Shown piece by piece: positions 15,071-22,464 of a stretch of 42,960 nucleotides of DNA. A model generated the notes under the pieces. That model searched no databases. It was given only the letters and a program-made list of their open reading frames with translations, and was not told the origin of the DNA. Each line of letters begins with the position of its first letter. Within the stretch, counting starts at the first letter, position 1. Source of the DNA: a virus; the IMG/VR virus record IMGVR_UViG_3300029578_000023, positions 1 through 42,960 of that record; one strand, 5' to 3'. The position numbers were made by a program, and so were the translations under genes.

Positions 15071-15173
15071 GAGTTCAGTCCTTTCTAAAGGGGTCGATTT
15101 CGACCCGGTTAAAATGCAGCGGCAGGGCTATTGCCCCGCCGCGTTTGTCGTAGTATCGGCACGGGGCCGAACA

Positions 15174-15193
15174 TTTTGTTGACGTCAACAAAA
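15174..15193. promoter_or_regulatory. Perfect 20-bp palindrome TTTTGTTGAC|GTCAACAAAA
   Basis: Read directly. Lies in the 155-bp gap between accessory genes 6 and 7, next to hairpins at 15119-15142 and 15091-15106. Confidence 0.6.
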
Positions 15194-15225
15194 CATCGCC
15201 AACAAAAAGCTATGCTATGCAGTTG

Positions 15226-16005
15226 TCAGCAGCCGCAACCCTGATTGCAGCCGCAGCCGCAACCCCCGTACTGATAAGGTGCAGGAACCGCAAAAGAAGG
15301 AACGGGGCGCGGATTGTAATACGCGAACTGTGCGCTAACATAGTTGCGCATATCAAGCGTCTGAGCAGACTGAGAAGCCGCGAGGTCAGCAGCAAAAAGA
15401 CGCTGGTTCTGTTCAGCAATCTTCGCGTCCTTCGCAGCCAGTTCCTGCGCGGTCAGACGCTGGTCGATGCTACGGAAGCCGCAATTCATCGCGTCGATGA
15501 TGTCGCGGGTATTGGTCTGGAGCTGATTGCGCGTGTCGCAGCCCTGCGTCGCCATGTCATAGCGCACGCCCTCGATGCCGCGCTGGGTGTTGCAGCAACA
15601 CTCAGCGGCCTGCATCTGCATGGCGTTGAGCTGCTGCATAAGCGCCGCCTGCTGGTTGCTGCGGGAAAGCTCGGCCTGTGCAAAGCCGTTTGCCATCGCC
15701 ATGTTGGTGCCGTTGACAAGCTGCGCCTGCTGGTAAAACCCGTCGCAAAGACCCTGATTTACACTATCGATCTTGCGCTCGACATTAGCAAAATCAGAGG
15801 TCAGCACATAGCCGTCGACCACGCCGCCGGAATTGCCAGCGTTGTTGCCGAATCCGGTGCCCCAGCCACCAGCAAAAATAAACAGGAACAAAACAATGAG
15901 CCACAGAGCGCCGTTGTCGCCCCAGCCGAAACCGCCATTACCGCCAGCATTGGTGGGTGCCACAGGCATGGTCAGCATGGGAGCGCCGCCATCGGAAAGA
16001 GACAT
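15226..16005 (-). CDS. Accessory operon gene 6: Gly-rich/hydrophobic head, coiled coil with CCC motif, GC-repeat tail
   Basis: 259 aa. GGNGGFGWGDNGALWLIVLFLFIFAGGWGTGFGNN ... AAECCCNTQRG ... YQYGGCGCGCNQGCGC. AAGGAG RBS. Confidence 0.65.
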   Translation of the reverse strand: MSLSDGGAPMLTMPVAPTNAGGNGGFGWGDNGALWLIVLFLFIFAGGWGTGFGNNAGNSGGVVDGYVLTSDFANVERKIDSVNQGLCDGFYQQAQLVNGTNMAMANGFAQAELSRSNQQAALMQQLNAMQMQAAECCCNTQRGIEGVRYDMATQGCDTRNQLQTNTRDIIDAMNCGFRSIDQRLTAQELAAKDAKIAEQNQRLFAADLAASQSAQTLDMRNYVSAQFAYYNPRPVPSFAVPAPYQYGGCGCGCNQGCGC

Positions 16006-16033
16006 AAAATCACTCCTTAAAAATTTTTATCAA

Positions 16034-16047
16034 ATCGTGGCCACGAT
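16034..16047. promoter_or_regulatory. Perfect 14-bp palindrome ATCGTGG|CCACGAT in an AT-rich 143-bp gap
   Basis: The same gap holds hairpins at 16100-16115 and 16129-16150, and 4 copies of GTTGATT. Confidence 0.55.
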
Positions 16048-16148
16048 GTTGATTTTGCAAAAAGTTGAGCAAACACTTTGCTTAAATCTTGTTTATCGTT
16101 CAACCGTTTGGTTGATTCTTATTGCAACAAATCAACTGCGTAGTTGAT

Positions 16149-16355
16149 TTATTGCATCAGACTTTGAAACTGCTTCGCCATCTGCTGCAACTGGTTAAGC
16201 TGCTGCTGGTTGAGCTTACCGCTCTGCAAGAGTTTTTCGACCTCCGCTTTTGGGTCGCCCTGAAAATTCGCCTTGAACTGCTGGAACTGCTGCATCATTT
16301 GCATAAAGCCGTTCCCACCGCCGAGCGCACCGAAAAAAGGATTATTCATCGTCAT
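16149..16355 (-). CDS. Accessory operon gene 5, Q-rich small protein
   Basis: 68 aa (or 66 from ATG 16349). NNPFFGALGGGNGFMQMMQQFQQF ... QQQLNQLQQMAKQFQSLMQ. Confidence 0.55.
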   Translation of the reverse strand: MTMNNPFFGALGGGNGFMQMMQQFQQFKANFQGDPKAEVEKLLQSGKLNQQQLNQLQQMAKQFQSLMQ

Positions 16356-16785
16356 CGTCCTCCTTGCGCTTCTTCTTGCCTTTCAATTCGCCCACAAGCG
16401 CCGCTAGCGCGTCAAACTCCTTGCGGGTGACAAATTCCACGCCCTTTTCCTGTGGCGCTGTACGGGGCGTTTCTGCGCGTTCTACGAGGTCATAAATCTT
16501 GAGCGTCGGCTTGCCGCTTGCGTCGGACTGCTTGAGATACACAGTCGGCGCGGTAGAATCCCACAGAGCTACGGCAGAGTTGGGCGCGATGAGATACCCC
16601 CTCGCCTCCTGCTCGCCGTTGACCCATTGCACGCCGCCCTGTGCGATGGGGTTCTGTTGCACTGGCTGCGACATAGGCTGCTGTATGGGCTGCATCTGTG
16701 GCTGCTGCATCTGCCGCATCTGCATGAGGTTGTCCGGCATTGGCTGCGGATAATAGGGATTGAAATAGGGATATGCCATGTTCAT
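16342..16785 (-). CDS. Accessory operon gene 4: Y/P/Q/M-rich head, globular core, charged tail
   Basis: 147 aa. MAYPYFNPYYPQPMPDNLMQMRQMQQPQMQPIQQP ... VQWVNGEQEARGYLIAPNSAVALWD ... KGKKKRKEDDDDE. Confidence 0.6.
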   Translation of the reverse strand: MNMAYPYFNPYYPQPMPDNLMQMRQMQQPQMQPIQQPMSQPVQQNPIAQGGVQWVNGEQEARGYLIAPNSAVALWDSTAPTVYLKQSDASGKPTLKIYDLVERAETPRTAPQEKGVEFVTRKEFDALAALVGELKGKKKRKEDDDDE

Positions 16786-17165
16786 TCCTCCGTTTCTTTT
16801 ACCCAGTAATAAAGCGGGATTTCATTCTCGCTGTTCCAACTGTCATAGATTGTCCCGTCCTGAACGCACACCACATGCCCAGAGAGGGCGAGAATATACG
16901 TCCCGCGCGGGTGCTCGTCGGCAAACCTCCCGACCGTGTAGCAGTCGGGGCAGGTATCCGGCATGATATAGCGCCGATAGCCCAAAGACCGCAGATACGC
17001 GCCCCAGCAGGCATTTGCATTGGGTAAATCGCCGTCAAGGTAACCCTGTATGCAAAGGGACAAATACACCTCGACCCAGTCCTTCCCCGTTGCCTTGCAG
17101 ATCGCGCGCACGGTGCAGTCCGACACATTGCGCCCCGCGGGATTTGGGTTGAAATAGCTATACAT
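16782..17165 (-). CDS. Accessory operon gene 3: papain/C39-like Cys-His protein
   Basis: 127 aa from MYSYFNPNPAGRNVSDCTVRAI ... GTYILALSGHVVCVQDGTIYDSWNS. Cys, His and Asp are in papain-fold order. Confidence 0.55.
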   Translation of the reverse strand: MYSYFNPNPAGRNVSDCTVRAICKATGKDWVEVYLSLCIQGYLDGDLPNANACWGAYLRSLGYRRYIMPDTCPDCYTVGRFADEHPRGTYILALSGHVVCVQDGTIYDSWNSENEIPLYYWVKETEE

Positions 17166-17280
17166 GGAATAGCTCGGCAAAATACACGTACTGTCTCAGC
17201 TCGTCAGGGTCGGGGAACAGCGTTAAAATGTCCATTGCCATCTGCTCAGTAAATCCCAAAGCTAAAAGTCGGTCGTACAT
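17158..17280 (-). CDS. Accessory operon gene 2 (first after leader), 40-aa peptide
   Basis: AAGGAGG RBS then ATG 17280: MYDRLLALGFTEQMAMDILTLFPDPDELRQYVYFAELFHV. Confidence 0.4.
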   Translation of the reverse strand: MYDRLLALGFTEQMAMDILTLFPDPDELRQYVYFAELFHV

Positions 17281-17310
17281 CGCCGCACCTCCTTTGTTGT
17301 TTATATGGTA

Positions 17311-17339
17311 CAAAAAAACGGACGCTCAAAAGCGCCCGT
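17311..17339 (-). terminator. Intrinsic terminator 30 nt upstream of the accessory operon
   Basis: 9-bp stem acgggcgct / agcgtccgt plus TTTTTTT. The one non-Watson-Crick pair is G-U only in the minus sense. Confidence 0.7.
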
Positions 17340-17440
17340 AAAGTGTATGAAAAGTGCGTCGAAAACCGTCGAACAATTCTGCTTGCCTTTCCAAATGAAA
17401 CATGATATTTTAATTTTGCAGGTTCTTCCCGGCCTGCTTT

Positions 17441-17490
17441 TTACACAAAAGAAATTGCCTCACCATTTGGTGGGGCAATTTCTTTTTTCG
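17441..17490. terminator. Bidirectional intrinsic terminator
   Basis: 14-bp stem gaaattgcctcacc / ggtggggcaatttc with T runs on both sides. Spans the stop codon of the HTH gene. Confidence 0.75.
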
Positions 17491-17720
17491 TGTTGGTCTG
17501 ATGAAATTTTGTGGTACGCCCGCTGCCGGTATTTTTTCACCGCGTCAACGGACAGGTTGTGCTCCATTGCAACCTGTACGCAGCTTTTCCGCCGCACATC
17601 GCGCTCGATGATGCACGCCGCCTCTTCAGGTGGCAATTCGAGGGATAAGATATATTCGACGGCTCGCCGGGGAGCCATCGCGGATAACTCCGCCCGGATA
17701 CGCTTGTGCTGACTGTTCAT
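17460..17720 (-). CDS. Small sigma-70 region-4-like HTH protein
   Basis: 86 aa. PRRAVEYILSLELPPEEAACIIERDVRRKSCVQVAMEHNLSVDAVKKYRQRAYHKI. Confidence 0.6.
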   Translation of the reverse strand: MNSQHKRIRAELSAMAPRRAVEYILSLELPPEEAACIIERDVRRKSCVQVAMEHNLSVDAVKKYRQRAYHKISSDQHEKRNCPTKW

Positions 17721-17804
17721 GCCCCGTGTGGGACGTTGCAGAGCGCTTGCGCGTGGCTTTCGCCGTCCGTGCTCCTTCCTTACTTTTTTGACCGCTCCAA
17801 CAAA

Positions 17805-18380
17805 TTACTTCATTACGGCGAGTTTTCTAATGAGGTCATCCCCATACTTGTACGCCGCGAGATAGTCCATCGTCTTATCCTCTAGCCCCGCGCGCTTTTT
17901 GAGCACCTCGCGGTAACTCGCCTCATACTTCGGGCGGTATGCGCCCAGCACAAGCGATAGCTTGCGCTTGCGGCGGTACACCCCGTCGCCGTTGGCCTGA
18001 CTGCCCGCCGTGCCGCTCGACGTGTTGCCCTCGATAGCTGTTACATACTGCCCGCTCACGCTCTCGCAGATGCCCGTATGGTCGGTCTTGACCTTCGTGT
18101 TGGGAAAGTCATAGATGAGCACATCGCCCGGTTGATAGCCCTTTGTGACCCACTGACCGTGCGCTTTCGCGTAGTTCATCAGCTCGCCGCAGCTCGCGGT
18201 CTTCCCGCCGCCGTAAAAGAGGGACTTATCCACCTGCTGAAAGCACCACCACACAAACTGCATGCACCAGTACACGCCGTCCACGCCGTACGCCTTGCCG
18301 TACTTCTGGCGGTTGCCCGGCTGCTCCACCGTGCCGATCTCCTTGCGCGCGATGGCAAGGATGTCTTCTGCTCTCGCCAT
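17805..18380 (-). CDS. Endolysin, CHAP/NlpC-P60-type peptidase domain
   Basis: 191 aa with YWCMQFVWW (catalytic Cys context) and DHTGI ... AIEGNTS. Confidence 0.75.
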   Translation of the reverse strand: MARAEDILAIARKEIGTVEQPGNRQKYGKAYGVDGVYWCMQFVWWCFQQVDKSLFYGGGKTASCGELMNYAKAHGQWVTKGYQPGDVLIYDFPNTKVKTDHTGICESVSGQYVTAIEGNTSSGTAGSQANGDGVYRRKRKLSLVLGAYRPKYEASYREVLKKRAGLEDKTMDYLAAYKYGDDLIRKLAVMK

Positions 18381-18382
18381 GT

Positions 18383-18592
18383 TTACGCCCCCTTGTCAAT
18401 GGCGTCCTGATTCTTCTGCGACTGCGTGCCAAAGTAGAACGCAATGATAGAGCTGTAGATCAGCATGAGCTGCTCGCCGGTAATCTTGCCGACGACAAAG
18501 CCGTAGATCACCGCGCCGGTGGCGGCGATCGTCACAATGCTCTTCACGCTGCACAGGTTCGCAAATCTCTTTTTCAGCAAATCGTTATTCAT
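18383..18592 (-). CDS. Holin-like small membrane protein
   Basis: 69 aa from MNNDLLKKRF, with 2 TM helices. ATGA overlap upstream. Confidence 0.5.
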   Translation of the reverse strand: MNNDLLKKRFANLCSVKSIVTIAATGAVIYGFVVGKITGEQLMLIYSSIIAFYFGTQSQKNQDAIDKGA

Positions 18593-18813
18593 AGTGTCGT
18601 ATCGTCCTTTCTGAAAATCTTGATGCCTGCCACAACGACAAGCTCTGTTGTCCATGCCTTAAACCAGCGTTCCGTCAGCACGTCGGGCGGCGGCACGCCG
18701 AGCGCCGCCATGGTGAGCGAGGCGACGGTGTACCACGTCAGGCTGAAAATGGCGATGGATATGTACCTGTCCCGCTTTTTCATCTTGCCCCAGTGCTCTT
18801 TCAGCTTTTTCAT
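18589..18813 (-). CDS. Holin-like small membrane protein
   Basis: 74 aa from MKKLKEHWGKMKKRDRYISIAIFSLTWYTVASLTMAAL. Confidence 0.5.
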   Translation of the reverse strand: MKKLKEHWGKMKKRDRYISIAIFSLTWYTVASLTMAALGVPPPDVLTERWFKAWTTELVVVAGIKIFRKDDTTL

Positions 18814-18926
18814 GCCATGCACCACATCCATAGTTCGCGGATGCCCTTGACGGCCGCCGCCGCGCCGACCAGCAAGGCCGCGCCCACAATGATGGCAACT
18901 GCCACCTCGGCAAAATCATCCATCAT
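18810..18926 (-). CDS. 38-aa single-TM peptide
   Basis: MMDDFAEVAVAIIVGAALLVGAAAAVKGIRELWMWCMA. Stop-start overlaps on both sides. Confidence 0.4.
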   Translation of the reverse strand: MMDDFAEVAVAIIVGAALLVGAAAAVKGIRELWMWCMA

Positions 18927-19225
18927 GCCACACCTCCCGAGATGATCCACGCCACAAACGCACCGACCAGCGCTGCAAGCAGCTTGTCCACGATGCTGTC
19001 CCACCGTTTCCCCGCTTTCCCCGTGATGGTCTTCACGTCCTCTTTGATCTCCTTGACGTCGCCCTCCACGGTCTCTTGTTTTGTGGCCAGCACCTCGACC
19101 GAGGTCACCAGCCTGTCCAGCGCCACCTGATGTTCCGTGAGTTCGTTGATTCGGTGCGTGTTGCTCTTGCATCGGCTTTCGATCAGCGCGATCGACGCGT
19201 CATCGTAGTGCTTTTCATTATCCAT
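18923..19225 (-). CDS. XhlA-like protein (coiled coil plus C-terminal TM)
   Basis: 100 aa. The architecture matches the XhlA lysis-associated family. Confidence 0.5.
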   Translation of the reverse strand: MDNEKHYDDASIALIESRCKSNTHRINELTEHQVALDRLVTSVEVLATKQETVEGDVKEIKEDVKTITGKAGKRWDSIVDKLLAALVGAFVAWIISGGVA

Positions 19226-19249
19226 ATCCCGCTCCCTTTCTGCGGCGTA

Positions 19250-20050
19250 TTACGCCGCCTTGAAATAATTCCCCACCAGCTCGTGCGGCAAATACTGCAA
19301 GACGATCTTTCCGCCCGCGGCCTCGCCGGTACGCTCGCAGAGGTACACCTTTCCATCCTCACCGTCGAGGTAGTACTTGCCGTACTCGTACTCCATGCCG
19401 CGGCTCGCCGGGATGGGGTCGTCCTGCGTGCCCGCGTGCTCGGCGTCGATGACCGCCCAGAGGGCTGGGGTCTTGTCCGGCGTCCAGTCGGCCTGAGATG
19501 TATGCGCCTGACGGCACTTGTACACCTTACCGCCGTAGCTTCTGCGGTCGCCTTCGCTGTACTTGACGGGGTACGCCCATGCCGTGATGAGCTCGGGCAC
19601 GGTTGCCGCCGCAGCGTCGCTCAGGCTGACTGCCGCCTGCTCGATGATGGGGCGCAGCTTCACCGCGCGGGCATATGTGACCGGCTCACCCGCAAGGGCG
19701 GTGACGGTTGCTTTGGCGCTTTCCGTTTCCGTGGGCTTGCCCATCTTGATACTCACCGTACCGTCGCGGTGGTCGGTGATGGCCCCGCTCAGGCTGTACG
19801 CGCTGTTGTCGTACTCGTTGACGACCTCTTCGGTCTCGCCCGTGGGCTGTCCGTCCTCGTCCAGCACGTCCACCATGTCGCGCTGGACGATGCTCCATGG
19901 GGTGTTGTCAGGCAGCAGCGCCGCTACTTGGTCGTGGGTCATAGTGAGCGTGACGGTTTTGGCGTCGCGTCCGTCCCACGTGCGGTCGTTGTTCGCACCG
20001 CTGATCGCTGCGGGGTATTCCGTGTTGTTGACTTTGATGTGGATACTCAT
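19250..20050 (-). CDS. Tail-fibre-associated protein with C-terminal CBM5/12-like carbohydrate-binding motif
   Basis: YSEGDRRSYGGKVYKCRQAHTSQADWTPDKTPALWAVI. Confidence 0.55.
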   Translation of the reverse strand: MSIHIKVNNTEYPAAISGANNDRTWDGRDAKTVTLTMTHDQVAALLPDNTPWSIVQRDMVDVLDEDGQPTGETEEVVNEYDNSAYSLSGAITDHRDGTVSIKMGKPTETESAKATVTALAGEPVTYARAVKLRPIIEQAAVSLSDAAAATVPELITAWAYPVKYSEGDRRSYGGKVYKCRQAHTSQADWTPDKTPALWAVIDAEHAGTQDDPIPASRGMEYEYGKYYLDGEDGKVYLCERTGEAAGGKIVLQYLPHELVGNYFKAA

Positions 20051-20062
20051 GTGTGCTCCTTT

Positions 20063-20842
20063 CTATTGCGGCGTGGCGTTCTCTTGCAGCCACGCCAGAA
20101 GATCGCCCGAGGGGGCTTCGTCGAAAGTAATGGTGCGGTATACCTCCCCCCGCCAGCCGTTTCGGTAGGCGAGTTCCCTGGTCTCGGCAATCTTTCTATG
20201 GTAGATTAAAGTTCTTACACCGTAAGTGTCGTCGTAGTCTCGGATAAGATGGTCGTAGGTAAAGCCATAATAGCCAGACACAAAGCTGACAGCAATCCCG
20301 CTACTATACCCCCAGAAGTTGTCTGGCTGCGACGTTATATCAATGGTTTCGTTGAAGTACCACGTCAAGCTCACATCCGGCTCAAAGTTGATATCATACC
20401 CTGTCCCGCCGATGAGCGTCCTGCCCTTGAGGATATTGTACACCGTGCCGTTGACGAGGCACTTCCCGCCCTTAACGTCGTAAGCAGTGCCGTTGACGAG
20501 CGTTTTTGGTAATGTAGGGGTTTTACTTTTCGTCGTAAAGCTTCCGGATTTATCGTACTGCGATCCTGCTGTCACCCAACCCCCGGACGTATGTTTGTAG
20601 TAGAGTGACGCGCTCCAGTTGTACGTTGTCCCCGGCGTCAGCCCCGTGATGTCGAGAGAAAAAGTGTTTTCGCCTCCGCTTGTCTCCGGCGATAACGCAG
20701 AAAATGTCCCGACGCCGCTGACGGCAACGTCCATGCGCCGCTGACCTTTATAGCTGCTTGACCCTCCGGAAAACTTTCCGACTGCGTGGGCGATAGTCCC
20801 GTTGCTAGAATCCGGCGTTATCTCTACAGTAAATGTAGCCAT
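20063..20842 (-). CDS. Tail fibre / receptor-binding candidate with FN3-like N-domain
   Basis: 259 aa. The N-terminal 100 aa are paralogous to 22465-22899 (GLTPGTTYNW ... SGSFTT). Confidence 0.45.
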   Translation of the reverse strand: MATFTVEITPDSSNGTIAHAVGKFSGGSSSYKGQRRMDVAVSGVGTFSALSPETSGGENTFSLDITGLTPGTTYNWSASLYYKHTSGGWVTAGSQYDKSGSFTTKSKTPTLPKTLVNGTAYDVKGGKCLVNGTVYNILKGRTLIGGTGYDINFEPDVSLTWYFNETIDITSQPDNFWGYSSGIAVSFVSGYYGFTYDHLIRDYDDTYGVRTLIYHRKIAETRELAYRNGWRGEVYRTITFDEAPSGDLLAWLQENATPQ

Positions 20843-20852
20843 TTCCGCCTCC

Positions 20853-22247
20853 TTAGCCGTACACCCAGTTGATCGCGTAGTCCTCGGTGGGCGTGGTCTC
20901 CGTGCTCACGAGCGTCTGCTTGACAATGTTGCCGGATGCGATATAGTCGCTGCCGCGCGTCGCCGCCACCAGCCCGCCTGAGCCGTTGCCCTTGAGAATG
21001 TTGGTCGTGGATGGAACTGTTGGAACACTGACCGTGACCGCGCCCGTCTTACCATTGACCGACGTGACAGGATACGGTGGCGGATTGTTCTTACTGTACT
21101 GCTTGACGTTGTCCACATTGCCGAGGCCTACATCTCCCTTTGCAAGGCTCACCGCGCCTGTCTTACTGTTGACGCTTGTAACCGGCGCACTCTGCAAGGC
21201 ACTGTCAGCCTTGCCCAAACTCGCCTGCACGTCGCTTGCAAGGTCGGATTTTGCCACCGTGGACTTAAAAGCCAGAGTGCCGAGGTCGGCGAACCACTTC
21301 GCGATTTTGCCGAACAGCACGGAGAGCTTTTCACCCGTCGCAATATTTGCGCGGGTTCTCGCTGCCGTGAAAGCCGCCGTGACATTACTGCCGTCGCCGG
21401 TCTTGTCCAGCTTATTGACGAGCGCCGAGTACACGCCGCCGGACTGTACGGGGTTCGCGCTGCCCTGCGTAGGCGTTGCGTCGGTAGTTACCTTGACGTC
21501 CTTGATAGCGTTGTCAATGTATGAAAAGATGTCCTGGTGCTTGTTTTGAGGGTCATACACTGAGGCCAGCATGTCACCCGTACCAGCACCAGAAGCGCCA
21601 CGGCAATAGCCTGCGTCATAGCTCGTGCCGTTCGACAGCGTCACGATAAGGTGATAGTCGCTCTGCCGGATGGTAATACCGGTAATTGTGGGAGCATCCG
21701 TGCCGGGGCTGCCCTGCGGACCTTGGATGCCCTGTTCACCCTGTGGGCCGGTGTCGCCTGTTGCCCCTTTTTCGCCGGTTTCACCCTTGTCACCCTTTTC
21801 GAGCACAAGGTTGAGCACCTGATTTGGGGCTTCTCCGGTAATGGTCGCGCTCGCCACCTTGCCGGACGTGACCGAGCCGATGGTCAGCACGTTTGCGGGG
21901 CCTGCGGGGCCTTGGGGGCCGGTCGCGCCTGTTGCACCGGTCTCACCTTGTATGCCTTGTTTACCCTGCGGACCGGTCGCACCCGTCGCACCTGTCGCAC
22001 CGGTGTCGCCCTTGCTGCCCTGCGGGATGCCAAGCGCCAGCGTACCAGTCGACTTATCGTAGGTCGCCGTTGCCAAACTTCCTGCGGGCAGTGTTGTCAC
22101 CGTGACCGATACAACGCTCAGCGTGACGAAGTCCAGCAGCGTTGCGCCTTTGAGCTTTTTCGCTGTGCCGCCCTGCTGCAAAACAAAAAGATCTTCGTTG
22201 GTGATTTGTGTTGCTTGAGTGAGGTCGGAAATTGCTTTATCAGCCAT
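20853..22247 (-). CDS. Collagen-repeat tail fibre
   Basis: 464 aa. N-terminus ISDLTQATQITNEDLFVLQQGGTAKKL. Two G-X-Y blocks. Confidence 0.7.
   Translation of the reverse strand: MADKAISDLTQATQITNEDLFVLQQGGTAKKLKGATLLDFVTLSVVSVTVTTLPAGSLATATYDKSTGTLALGIPQGSKGDTGATGATGATGPQGKQGIQGETGATGATGPQGPAGPANVLTIGSVTSGKVASATITGEAPNQVLNLVLEKGDKGETGEKGATGDTGPQGEQGIQGPQGSPGTDAPTITGITIRQSDYHLIVTLSNGTSYDAGYCRGASGAGTGDMLASVYDPQNKHQDIFSYIDNAIKDVKVTTDATPTQGSANPVQSGGVYSALVNKLDKTGDGSNVTAAFTAARTRANIATGEKLSVLFGKIAKWFADLGTLAFKSTVAKSDLASDVQASLGKADSALQSAPVTSVNSKTGAVSLAKGDVGLGNVDNVKQYSKNNPPPYPVTSVNGKTGAVTVSVPTVPSTTNILKGNGSGGLVAATRGSDYIASGNIVKQTLVSTETTPTEDYAINWVYG
21702..22022 (-). repeat. G-X-Y collagen-like triplet repeats (two blocks)
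   Basis: GDTGATGATGATGPQGKQGIQGETGATGATGPQGPAGP and GDKGETGEKGATGDTGPQGEQGIQGPQGSPG. Confidence 0.85.
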
Positions 22248-22455
22248 CTGTTACCTCGCTTTCCGTCTCGGCAGCTTTCGCGGGCGGCTCTGCGGGTACG
22301 TGCGCCGCCTGCTGGTCGAGCCGCTCGAGGATCGCATATGCCTGCCGCAGCTCTCCCTTGACCTTTGCCATCTTCTCCGCGTCGTTCGCGGAGATCATCA
22401 CCAAAGACAGCGTATTAAATGCGCTGTCAAGGATCTGCATTGCCTGCTTTTTCAT
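22240..22455 (-). CDS. Hypothetical helical protein
   Basis: 71 aa. 8-nt overlap with the fibre gene. Confidence 0.45.
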   Translation of the reverse strand: MKKQAMQILDSAFNTLSLVMISANDAEKMAKVKGELRQAYAILERLDQQAAHVPAEPPAKAAETESEVTDG

Positions 22456-22464
22456 AGTTCCTCC

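Noticed and set aside
19076-20209. Long plus-strand ORFs opposite real minus-strand genes. Examples: 19076-20209 (377 aa), 41182-42273 (363 aa), 25560-26453, 31097-31945, 15217-16020, 2049-2825, 5431-6084 and 22219-22863.
   Set aside because: These are shadow ORFs typical of GC-rich DNA. They are Arg/Ala/Pro/Cys-rich low-information sequences with no RBS, and each is fully antisense to an ORF with clear homology or operon coupling. 41182-42273 is open only because of the hexanucleotide repeat.
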